In this document: one piece after another, positions 1-10,611 of the stretch | Position numbering within the stretch: position 1 is the stretch's first letter | Layout: the number at the start of each line of letters is the position of its first letter | Source of the DNA: Candidatus Moraniibacteriota bacterium | Lineage (GTDB): Bacteria > Patescibacteriota > Minisyncoccia > Moranbacterales > UBA1568 | Assembly (NCBI GenBank): GCA_052035095.1 | Contig: JBPOHW010000007.1 | Coordinates: 65,705 to 129,704 of the forward strand | Length of the DNA: 64,000 nt | Reading direction: 5' to 3' | The notes under the pieces: generated by a model | Database searches by the model: none | What the model was told of the DNA's origin: nothing | What the model saw: only the letters and a program-made list of their open reading frames with translations | Program-made: the position numbers and the translations under genes

Positions 1-118
1 AAAGTATCTTAGACTGCTCAAATCCCTAAGAAAGGACTCCTGTCCTTTTTTTGGTGTACTCGCGCATTTAATCATTATCAACGAGAGGCGCGCTCGTTGG
101 AAACGTGAACCGATACAT

Positions 119-1474
119 ATGTCTCTCAAAAAAACCTTAAGTTCCCTCTTGGACGAAACCCTCGCCCTCCACAAAAAACCCAAGACCGGAGATGTGGACG
201 ATCAAACAAAGGATAAAGAAGAAGCGCCGAAGAAGAAAAGAACGAGCGTGAAAAAGTCGGCGACAACCGAGACAAGTAAGGCTGAAGAAAAACTCCCCAA
301 AGAAGCATCTTCGCAAGAAGAAACAGTCGAAAAACAACCGATCCTCAAGAAAAAATCCCCGAAAGTGGCAGTCGAAGCGGAACCGATAGACGATTCCGAG
401 ATGGGTCGCCTCCTCGCGGAGCACCCGATCGAAGTACCCAAAGTGGGCGACGTCCTCCAAGGAACCGTCATCGAAGTCGGCTCCAATTTCGCGCTCATCG
501 ACCTGGGACCCCTGGGAACCGGTACCGTCCTCGGCAAAGAAATGAAAGACGGCATGGCGGGCGGCATCAAGGTCAAGAAAGGCGAAACCGTGAGTGCGAC
601 CCTCATCGAGCTCGAAAATGACGACGGCGTGATCGAACTCTCCATCCGCGAGGCTTCCTATGACAAGTCATGGGAAGATATCCAGATGAAGCTCGAGAAG
701 AAAGAAGTTGTTTCCACGAAAATCCTCGAAGCCAACAAGGGCGGACTCATGATTGAGGTGAACGGAATACCGGGCTTCCTCCCGGTGTCCCAATTGGGGA
801 GCGAGCACTACCCGCGCGTCGAGGATGGCGACAAGAACAAAATCCTCGAACTCCTGAAACGGCTCATCGGTCAGGAGCTCCACGTCCGCATCCTGGACGC
901 CGATCGCGTCAATGAGAAGCTCATCGTAAGCGAAAAAGCGGCGAGAAGCGAAAAAGAACGCGCCGCTATCTCATCTCTCCATGTGGGCGATATCATTTCC
1001 GGCGAAGTAAGCGGCGTCGTCGACTTTGGCGCCTTCGTCAAATTCCCCATTCCCGACAATGAGAAAGAGCGTGTCGAGGGCTTGGTGCACATTTCCGAAC
1101 TCGCCTGGCAACTCATCGACGATCCGCGCACGGTGGTCCGAACCGGCGACCATGTGGACGCCAAGGTGATCGGTATCGAGGACACGCGCATTTCGCTTTC
1201 CATGAAGGCGCTCAAAGATGACCCGTGGATGAATATCGACGGGAAGTACAAAATAGGCGACACGGTAGATGGGAAAGTGGACAAAATCAACCATTTCGGC
1301 GCCTTCGTCTACCTCGACAAGGACATTCACGGCCTCTCCTACGTGAGCGAATTCCAAAATCTCTATCCGGGACGCAAAATGGAAGAAATTTTCCAAGTCG
1401 GCACCTCCTACAAATGGAAAATCCTCTCCATGGAACCCAAAAGCCACCGCATGGGACTTTTGCCTATAAAATAA
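119..1474 (+). CDS. rpsA: 30S ribosomal protein S1 (4 S1 domains, long K/E-rich N-terminal extension)
   Basis: S1 repeats with [26 protein letters not shown] and NHFGAFV motifs. Confidence 0.93.
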   Translation: MSLKKTLSSLLDETLALHKKPKTGDVDDQTKDKEEAPKKKRTSVKKSATTETSKAEEKLPKEASSQEETVEKQPILKKKSPKVAVEAEPIDDSEMGRLLAEHPIEVPKVGDVLQGTVIEVGSNFALIDLGPLGTGTVLGKEMKDGMAGGIKVKKGETVSATLIELENDDGVIELSIREASYDKSWEDIQMKLEKKEVVSTKILEANKGGLMIEVNGIPGFLPVSQLGSEHYPRVEDGDKNKILELLKRLIGQELHVRILDADRVNEKLIVSEKAARSEKERAAISSLHVGDIISGEVSGVVDFGAFVKFPIPDNEKERVEGLVHISELAWQLIDDPRTVVRTGDHVDAKVIGIEDTRISLSMKALKDDPWMNIDGKYKIGDTVDGKVDKINHFGAFVYLDKDIHGLSYVSEFQNLYPGRKMEEIFQVGTSYKWKILSMEPKSHRMGLLPIK

Positions 1475-1493
1475 AGACCGTATCCTTCTCAAG

Positions 1494-1526
1494 AAACAGC
1501 CCAACCAAAAGGGGCTGTTTTCTTTT
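1494..1526 (+). terminator. Intrinsic terminator after rpsA
   Basis: aaacagccc...gggctgttt stem followed by a T-rich tract. Confidence 0.7.
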
Positions 1527-1851
1527 CCAAAAGACCTTGCCAAAAACAAGAAGCGCCACTATTATAAATAATGTCAATATGGGAAATGACCCTCTTGATA
1601 CCTACTCAACCCAAGGAGAACCCCCATGAGAGACCCGACCTGGGGCAATCAAAAAGACCCTACCGACATCTGACACCCCACCATACGTCAGGAGTGGTAG
1701 AATCCGCACAATCTCAACCCCACAAGAACAGCGCTTCTTGTGGGTTAATCTTTTACAAAGAGAATATGCAAAAATGGATCGCAATGCAATCCGAAAGATT
1801 GCATTTCTTACTGTTCCCAAGCCACAAACGACAATTTTCTTTAACAGGGCA

Positions 1852-1880
1852 TTGACAAGAATCCAATGATATGCTAAGTT
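1852..1880 (+). promoter_or_regulatory. Sigma70-type promoter of the 1887-2722 unit
   Basis: TTGACA-17 nt-TAAGTT with TGn extended -10. Confidence 0.6.
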
Positions 1881-2011
1881 GCTCACTGTCGACTTGATTT
1901 TAAGTCTTTTTTAGGTCGACACATCGGCTCTTTGTTTTCGGAATTTTCGAAAGTATATCCGAAGCAAAAGCCTTCCTGAATATGGCCAACCCTCAAAAGG
2001 AGGAATGTGCC

Positions 2012-2140
2012 ATGAAGAAGTTCATGAAAAATACGATGACCGCCAGCTTCGGCCGCCAAGTGAACGACGCGCCGATCCCGGCCAATCAGAACTTGGAATT
2101 GATCGACGACGGCGCCGGCGCCAACCTGGCCGCCAGCTAG
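2012..2140 (+). CDS. Putative 42-aa small protein MKKFMKNTMTASFGRQVNDAPIPANQNLELIDDGAGANLAAS
   Basis: AAGGAGG SD 8 nt upstream of ATG; GC3-rich codons. Confidence 0.45.
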   Translation: MKKFMKNTMTASFGRQVNDAPIPANQNLELIDDGAGANLAAS

Positions 2141-2685
2141 CAAAACGACACCGGGGATAAAATCCCCACGCTAGCTCGGCATGCCAAGGTGTCCCTGGAG
2201 GAGTTTCCCGTTCTGTATGTGGGAAGCAGTGATACCTGGGGACGCCGAGAAGTGAGTTGCATCGCTTTGTCGGCGTGAGCTCGTTCGCTCACACAAAGCA
2301 TGTGCGGCATCGCCACATCCCTCGGGCAGATATTCTCTGTCGCATTCCCGAAGAGTGGCGAAAATGGTCCCGCAAGCACGCTTATTCCGCCTATTTCATA
2401 GCACGAGAACAAGCCCTTGTGGATCCCATCAACCCGCGGTAGGAGCCAAAGTCTCCCCGCACCCGCGCCTGATCGCAGGCGTTCCGCCCAAAGCATGATG
2501 ATGCGAAGGCGCGGTCGACCTAGCCAAAAAAAGGAGGGTAGGTTATGAAGGTCGTAACGGAAAACGCGTAGGTGGTAAACGGCGAGTCCACGCTCGCGTT
2601 CGGTAAATCTCGTCCAGTGATTTTGCAACAACCGTTATAGACGAGACAAGGAAGATTCGCGAACGCGAGTTAAGAGATAGTAACC

Positions 2686-2722
2686 CTCCGGAAAGGCAAT
2701 AAGCCAATCCGGAGTTTTTTTT
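2686..2722 (+). terminator. Intrinsic terminator
   Basis: ctccgga-aaggcaataagccaa-tccggag followed by 8 T. Confidence 0.75.
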
Positions 2723-2771
2723 ATTTCCCCAAATCCTTGCTCCCGCGCCCAAAGCGCGCTAGCATACGACT

Positions 2772-3326
2772 ATGAAGTCACCGCTTTTCATCATTTCCGG
2801 TCCATCGGGATCCGGGCAGGATTCGGTCATCGAGGGGCTTGCGAAGCGCCTCCCGATCGAGCGCGTCATCACCACGACGACGCGACCCCTACGAGAAGGC
2901 GAATCCGACGGGCATCCGTACCATTTCATCTCGCAAGAAACCTTTGAACAAGGTCTGCAAAAAGGCACTTTCCTCGAACACGCCCGCCACTATGGTGGCG
3001 AATACTACGGCGTCACCCGTGAGGAAATCGATCGCGTCCGAAAAAGCGGCAAAATCGGCATCTGGAAAGTCGACTGGCAGGGTGTCGCGAATATCAAGAA
3101 ACTTTTCCCTGAGACTCGTGCCATCCTCATCACCGCCCCCCTCGACGTCCTCGAAGCGCGCCTGCGCCGCCGCGACCCCCACCGCTCCGAAGCTTCGCTC
3201 CAAGAACGCATGGCGTATTCCAAAGAATACCAAAACCACACCGATCTCTACGACTTCGTCATTGAAAATGAAGATGAAAAGCTCGATGAAGCTATCCGGA
3301 AGGTATTTGAAATTATACAAAAATAG
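2772..3326 (+). CDS. gmk: Guanylate kinase (P-loop variant GPSGSGQ)
   Basis: TTTTRPLREGE, DGHPYHFIS, FLEHA, YYG motifs. Confidence 0.9.
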   Translation: MKSPLFIISGPSGSGQDSVIEGLAKRLPIERVITTTTRPLREGESDGHPYHFISQETFEQGLQKGTFLEHARHYGGEYYGVTREEIDRVRKSGKIGIWKVDWQGVANIKKLFPETRAILITAPLDVLEARLRRRDPHRSEASLQERMAYSKEYQNHTDLYDFVIENEDEKLDEAIRKVFEIIQK

Positions 3327-3369
3327 AAACGGCGCCACCGATATTTCTCACTCTCTGTCTCGCAGAGGA

Positions 3370-3439
3370 GGTCAAGAAAAAAGAATTTTTCGAACGTTTG
3401 CTGCACTGAGCATGTGAGAAAAATTCTTTTTTCTTGACC
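3370..3439. repeat. Perfect 22-bp inverted repeat with 26-nt spacer
   Basis: ggtcaagaaaaaagaatttttc / gaaaaattcttttttcttgacc. Confidence 0.85.
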
Positions 3440-3467
3440 GACGTCCCAACCAAGCACGTGAAATTCA

Positions 3468-4457
3468 ATGCCCCATCCAATGTCCGCTTTCCTCAAAAAT
3501 ATCGAAAATTTCGCCCACCGCTTCCATCTCTGGGAGCGCGGTGACAAAATCCTTGTTGCCGTCTCGGGCGGTCCGGACAGTTTGTGTCTCCTAGAGGCAC
3601 TTTTTTGTCTTTCGAAAAAATATGACTGGACGCTTCACATCGCGCACGTAAACTACCGACTCCGCGGACAAGATTCCGACGCCGACGAAACCCTCGTCCG
3701 AGAACGAGCGGGGTTCTACCATATTCCTCTCTCAATCCTTCGACCAAAAAAGCCAAAAGAAAACCAAAATCTCGAATCACGCTTTCGCACCATTCGCTAC
3801 GAGTTCTTCGAAAAACAGCGAAAGAAGCTGGGGTATACATCCGTCGCCGTCGCCCACACCCGAGATGATCAGGCGGAAACCATTCTTCTGCGTCTCCTCC
3901 GCGGCGCGGGACTCCGCGGACTCAGCGCAATGCGCCCCAAAGACGGCGTAATTATCCGTCCCCTCCTTCTCACGCCAAAAACTGACATTCTCGCGTATCT
4001 CAAAGAAAAGAATCTCCCCTTTCGCACCGACGAAAGCAATACCGACCCACGCTTCACCCGAAACCGCATCCGCCACGACCTCCTCCCTCTGCTCGAAACC
4101 TTTAATCCCAATATCCGAGAAACACTCGCCGCAAACGCACTCTCCCTCGCCGATGACGCTGACGCTCTCGCGCTTTTTCTCAAACAAGCTATTTCAAATA
4201 TCACGCAAGAAAAAACGGGATACTCTCTCAACGCGAAAACATTCAATACTCTTCACCCCGCCATCCAGCGCGCCCTCCTTCGTTCCATCGCCGAAGAATC
4301 CGGCACGTACCCTCAACCCCCCTCCTCCAGCGAAATAGAAGAAATGCGCAAACTGATCGGAAGCGCCAAGAACAAAGTGGCTACAAAGACCTTTCAAGGC
4401 TTGAAATTCACCCGAAGAGGTGCTACAGTGTCTGTGTCAAAAGAGAAGAATACATAG
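3468..4457 (+). CDS. tilS: tRNA(Ile)-lysidine synthetase
   Basis: AVSGGPDS, AHTRDDQAET, IIRPLL, DESN...RNRIRH motifs. Confidence 0.95.
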   Translation: MPHPMSAFLKNIENFAHRFHLWERGDKILVAVSGGPDSLCLLEALFCLSKKYDWTLHIAHVNYRLRGQDSDADETLVRERAGFYHIPLSILRPKKPKENQNLESRFRTIRYEFFEKQRKKLGYTSVAVAHTRDDQAETILLRLLRGAGLRGLSAMRPKDGVIIRPLLLTPKTDILAYLKEKNLPFRTDESNTDPRFTRNRIRHDLLPLLETFNPNIRETLAANALSLADDADALALFLKQAISNITQEKTGYSLNAKTFNTLHPAIQRALLRSIAEESGTYPQPPSSSEIEEMRKLIGSAKNKVATKTFQGLKFTRRGATVSVSKEKNT

Positions 4458-4509
4458 GGTGTATTTACGTTATTACAATTACATTGAAGACTTCTGTCGT
4501 GCACGCCGA

Positions 4510-4583
4510 GACTGCAAAAGATAATTTTTTTCAAGTTTGCTCCGATAGAGAGGAGCTTGTGAAAAAAATTATCTTTTGCAGTC
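4510..4583. repeat. Perfect 24-bp inverted repeat with 26-nt spacer
   Basis: gactgcaaaagataatttttttca / tgaaaaaaattatcttttgcagtc. Confidence 0.85.
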
Positions 4584-4640
4584 AAGGCAACTCACAAGGT
4601 AGCAGAGACTGGGTAAGTTATAACTCATCAAGCCATTTTC

Positions 4641-6454
<1,814 letters not shown>

Positions 6455-6458
<4 letters not shown>

Positions 6459-7363
6459 AACAGCAACCCCTCGACATCTTCGCCCTCTTCAAAAAAGCGT
6501 CGGGTATGGTTTTTTCCCGACCCTTGTTCTTCGTTTTCGGCGCCTGTATAACGTTTCCAAAGCTCTTATTCGAAACGTTCCTCAATGAAAATGAGCGATT
6601 CGCCTCCTTACTCACATCACTTGAATCCGGAGCATCCATTTCTTTTTCCTCCGAACTCCTCGCGCTTCCCCTTTTCCTTTTGTTCGCAATCATTACCGGA
6701 TCATTCGGCATTGCATCGCTCATCCTCCTCGCCAATGCCATCGAAAAAAACTCGGCGACTCCCAAGGCAAAAATGACGGTCAACAGCCGCAAGACCGCCG
6801 GCGTTCTTAAGCTTGAGATCACACTCATCGCGCTCACCATACTTGCCGGTGTCATTCTCGCCCTTCCCGCAACCATTGCGATGGCACGAGGACTCGAAGG
6901 CCTCGCTCATGCGCTCTCACTTTCGGCACTGGGGCTCTTACTCTCCATCGCGCTCCTTTTCTTTTTTCTGCGCCAGTATGCCGCGATCTACGTGTCTCTC
7001 TCAAACATTTCCTTGAGCGCCGCCCTCGAAAACGCGTACCGCCTCTTCCGAACCCACATCAAGGAAACAGCTCTCATCAGTCTCGCCATTTTCAGTGTCG
7101 AAATTATCCTCACCCTCTCACTCCTTTTCACCGAAACTCTTCTCGGGTCATTTTTCAAAGAATGGTTTCTCGTCATTTCATACGGGTATTGGTTCATATG
7201 GACAATGAGTCTTCTGATATTCTCGTTCTTCGAAGCCTGGAACTGGACGGTATGGACACTTCTTTTTCGCGTGATCGCCCTCCCCAAGGAACCGGAACCT
7301 GTTTTGCAAAAATCTGAAACCGTGATACAACAAGAAAGTGCCATAGGTCTCGACAAGGCGTAG
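6455..7363 (+). CDS. Hypothetical multi-pass membrane protein
   Basis: ATGA overlap with the ftsH stop; about 6 hydrophobic segments. Confidence 0.8.
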
Positions 7364-7375
7364 TACTCAGAGAAC

Positions 7376-7449
7376 GGACGACTAGCTCAGTTGGTTAGAG
7401 CGTCACATTGACATTGTGAAGGTCACTGGTTCGAGTCCAGTGTCGTCCA
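7376..7449 (+). tRNA. tRNA-Val(GAC)
   Basis: Cloverleaf GGACGAC...GTCGTCC-A, anticodon loop TTGACAT, GGTTCGAGTCC. Confidence 0.95.
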
Positions 7450-7468
7450 CCGGATAACAAATCAAAAA

Positions 7469-7525
7469 AGAGCGCCCCGATTATGCCATCGAGGAGGTCT
7501 CCAGTTCGAGCCTGAACAGACCCAT
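7469..7525 (+). pseudogene. Degenerate tRNA fragment resembling tRNA-Val(TAC)
   Basis: agagcgcc..cg...cgaggaggtc....gttcgag aligns with the tRNA-Val(TAC) at 17506-17579; 5' half missing. Confidence 0.6.
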
Positions 7526-7540
7526 CTCGAAAAAGTATCA

Positions 7541-7570
7541 AAAAAATCCTCCTTAACCGGGGGATTTTTT
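7541..7570. terminator. Bidirectional terminator between convergent units
   Basis: aaaaaatcc-tccttaaccggg-ggatttttt. Confidence 0.65.
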
Positions 7571-7637
7571 GAAAAACCGCTACAGAAAATTGAAGAACTT
7601 CTCAGAAAATGGTTTCAGACAAAAGCAAGATAGAAAT

Positions 7638-8744
7638 CTAATTGGAATACCCTGAAGGACCCTCGGGGGATGACGTTATCGAGCGAGTGGTAGTTCCGGA
7701 TCCCTGACTCCCCACTGTATGAGAGGTAATAACATCCGTTCCAACGCCAGCCCCATTAAAAACCGTTCCGACACTGTAGTCAATCATATTATTCGTGCCA
7801 TCAGAAACCGCTTCACCCAAACTCGATGTCACTGATCCCAGCCCAACCTTACTCAGGGTTTTTTGAACAAGGGAGTTCACGTACGATTGAATAACACCGG
7901 TAATCAGCTCTTCAGGGTTTTCCGCCACTGCAATTGCCATCGCCGGAAGTGTTTGAATGGTTGAAACAATATCTGAAATAGTTTGAGGAGGTGTCACGAC
8001 TATCCCCTGCGCGTTGGTCTGCGGCTTATATCCAGTTATTCCCGCCTGCGTCTCCGCAATCTTCGCATTCTTTTCCATTTCCTCGATATACTTTTCTTCC
8101 GTAAGGAGCGGGATGCCGCGCGGATTATTCTGCGGCTGCATAATCGCCGAGAAACACGCGTAGTCGCCCTTACTCAAGGCGTCCGAAGGATTGGGACATA
8201 CCTGATCGAGCGAATACTTCACCGCACTACCCTTGAGGTTATCCAATGTGTTTTTTCCTATATTTTGGAGATACTCAGGATAATTTTTTATGGTATTGTA
8301 TGAAGAAACGAGCGAATTCACAGAATTCAATCCCCCCGATGAAGCCGTATAATTTCCCCCTGAACCCTTGCCGCTAAACATTTTTGGAAAAAAGTCATTA
8401 AGAACCACATCCTCCGCTTTCTTTGAAGATTGCGTATAAATGAAGTCTCTCCAATCCTCAATAACCAACGACCCCTGCCCCCATGTCCCATTCACCATAC
8501 CAAGCACTTGCTCATTGATAACTTTCAGCGCTTCGTTTTTCACAACGCTCAACACTATACCCTTTATCTTATAGGACATTTCTTCGAGATAATAGAGCAT
8601 TTGATTGGCGTAAATCGACTCACCCCAATACCCCGCTCGAGCCGGAGACGGCACAAAGAAACTCGCCGCAAAAAATATCGCAAGAAAAACTCCGACCCGA
8701 AAATTTTTGTTTGACACGTGTTTCTTGTTTTTCACAAACGTCAA
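7638..8744 (-). CDS. Hypothetical secreted protein (CPR-type)
   Basis: Signal peptide ending PSPARA, QPQNNPRG and IVVTPP segments, Ser/Thr-rich tail; start uncertain. Confidence 0.75.
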   Translation of the reverse strand: MTFVKNKKHVSNKNFRVGVFLAIFFAASFFVPSPARAGYWGESIYANQMLYYLEEMSYKIKGIVLSVVKNEALKVINEQVLGMVNGTWGQGSLVIEDWRDFIYTQSSKKAEDVVLNDFFPKMFSGKGSGGNYTASSGGLNSVNSLVSSYNTIKNYPEYLQNIGKNTLDNLKGSAVKYSLDQVCPNPSDALSKGDYACFSAIMQPQNNPRGIPLLTEEKYIEEMEKNAKIAETQAGITGYKPQTNAQGIVVTPPQTISDIVSTIQTLPAMAIAVAENPEELITGVIQSYVNSLVQKTLSKVGLGSVTSSLGEAVSDGTNNMIDYSVGTVFNGAGVGTDVITSHTVGSQGSGTTTRSITSSPEGPSGYSN

Positions 8745-8784
8745 CTAACGAAAAAATGATTCGCGTACTCTATCGTATGTTATA

Positions 8785-9858
8785 TTACGATCCCAGCTCC
8801 ACGGGAATTTCCTCGATACCGATCTCTTTCATATCCGCATCAACTTGCTTCGCGAAACTCGAAAGAGCGCTAAAAATACCCTGCATCTTTGAAAGAACAA
8901 CGACATTGGCGAGCGGATCCGTATCGGACGATTCCAGTTCTTCCGGAAGCGTCGAAGCATATTGGAAGAGTTGTATCGCTTTTTTGTGCGAATCAAGCAT
9001 ATTCTCCGGAACCTCAATCGCGCCCAATTCAAGGAGCGCTCGTTCACCCTTCTCAATTAAATCATCAAAGTACTGAGCATCTCCACTTTCAATCGAAGTC
9101 ATAATACCGCCCATCATATCTTCCACGAGCGCCTCCAGATCTTCTGGCTCAGTTATTGCCCCCGGCATATGGCTCGCCAAAACATACACCACTTTTGTCA
9201 CATACTCCAGCGTATCTTCTTTGATTTTTGATGCGCGCTCTTCTTTTGAGAGATCATCATACGCCTGCTTCTTTATCAAAATATCTTCATCATCAATTTC
9301 GGGAAGATCCACGGCGCCAACGTTTCTCGCACTGAGAAGTTCTTCAAGATTTTTCTGAATATCCTGCAAGGAAAGCGAAACATCCGCACCTTCTTCGGAA
9401 GACTGTTTGAGAATTTCCGCAATTTGCTCGGAAACTTGCTCGGTCAAATTATCTGTTTCCGCGTCATCTACTCCGCCAGCACCCTCCAAAGATGATGCTG
9501 CTTCAGAAAGGGCAACCTTGTCCGTCGAACCCACATGGCCACTGACATCCCCTTCGGAACCTTCAAGCGAAACTCGATCCCCCGGAGCCGAACGAAGCGG
9601 ATCATATCCGCTCCGCACCTCAGCTCCATCTCCATACCCATCACCATCGGTATCGTATTTCTGAGAATCGGTTCCATACAGCCTCTCTTCATCATCCGTC
9701 AGTCCATCCTGATCGACATCTTGAAAAATGTTTTTCCCCGAAAAGTTTTCCGCCGCAATTGAAAAAAAACCAAGCCCAGCAAGCATCAAAAAGAAAAAAA
9801 CAAGAACAGAAGTCCGAACCCTTCCCGCGTCGATCGTTCGAGAAAAAAACTTCTTCAT
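8785..9858 (-). CDS. Membrane-anchored protein with Ca-binding DxDxDG (thrombospondin type 3-like) repeats
   Basis: N-terminal TM, DVDQDGLTDDEE and DTDGDGYGDGAEVRSGYDP. Confidence 0.8.
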   Translation of the reverse strand: MKKFFSRTIDAGRVRTSVLVFFFLMLAGLGFFSIAAENFSGKNIFQDVDQDGLTDDEERLYGTDSQKYDTDGDGYGDGAEVRSGYDPLRSAPGDRVSLEGSEGDVSGHVGSTDKVALSEAASSLEGAGGVDDAETDNLTEQVSEQIAEILKQSSEEGADVSLSLQDIQKNLEELLSARNVGAVDLPEIDDEDILIKKQAYDDLSKEERASKIKEDTLEYVTKVVYVLASHMPGAITEPEDLEALVEDMMGGIMTSIESGDAQYFDDLIEKGERALLELGAIEVPENMLDSHKKAIQLFQYASTLPEELESSDTDPLANVVVLSKMQGIFSALSSFAKQVDADMKEIGIEEIPVELGS

Positions 9859-9938
9859 ACAAAAATCATTCCACAAAAAACAATAGTTGCATTATACCAC
9901 ATTTTTTTTAAACGCAAGCATCTAAAAATTTCATTGGC

Positions 9939-10060
9939 AGGACTTCCTCACTTTGATGCAGTTCAAGGAAAAACCGAGCACCGGAACGAGGTGTATGCTG
10001 TGATACTCCGAATGAGGAACGGAGGTTTTGACGAAGAAATGCGCAAAGTGAGGAAGTCCT
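9939..10060. mobile_element. MITE-like element with 17-bp terminal inverted repeats
   Basis: aggacttcctcactttg ... caaagtgaggaagtcct flanking an imperfectly palindromic core. Confidence 0.6.
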
Positions 10061-10611
10061 AATTGGAAGATAACAAAGGGAACGCGGGGAATTAGAGATC
10101 CTTAACACAAAGAAAACTCAGAAAACAAGCTGCGTAAAAAATAGGCTCGACAGATACATGTCCCGCGAGCACCTCAGAATTTCTTCACCTCAACGCAGTT
10201 TCATCAACTCAAACACTCTTAATTTGAATAAGAGAAAGTACCATTGAATAAATTAAACTCGTTTGAAAAATAATTTCTTCCTTGTACATCCATACCAGCA
10301 CACACCAATACTGCTTCACTTCAACTCTAATTAAATTAGAGCATCAAACTTTTTAGTTTCTCTGAAAATAATCCAAACTTCCTATTAAGTTCGAAATCAT
10401 TGCAAGGAGCGACACCTGTCCATATTGCCAGCTTATGAACAATGTCGTACTGCAAATAGAATGTCAGCTTAAGGAGCACTGACAAGAAGCATTTACTCAT
10501 TACTGGACTGAAAATCAAAACGAGCCTATAAATTTCCAAATAAAATCCGGCACATTTTTTCAAAAAAATATTTATACATAAAAAATGAAAAGTGCTTCGA
10601 TACAGCTAAAT

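Larger units (their letters stand above)
1887..2722 (+). ncRNA. Candidate large structured RNA (may carry a 42-aa leader peptide)
   Basis: Upstream promoter, more than 10 hairpins or long-range helices visible by eye, ends in ctccgga...tccggag plus a T-run terminator, no long ORF. Confidence 0.5.

Noticed and set aside
1571-1886. 94-aa ORFs on both strands after rpsA
   Set aside because: No motifs or credible RBS; the only SD-led ATG (1626) gives just 15 codons
1887-2722. tmRNA (peptide ends in LAAS)
   Set aside because: No tRNA-Ala-like acceptor or T-arm ends found in standard or permuted order, and the ORF has its own SD and ATG
10049-10200. RNase P RNA (gaggaagtcc resembles GAGGAAAGUCC)
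   Set aside because: The motif is one arm of a 17-bp inverted repeat; no P4 partner or ACAGAA..CGGCTTA 3' signature
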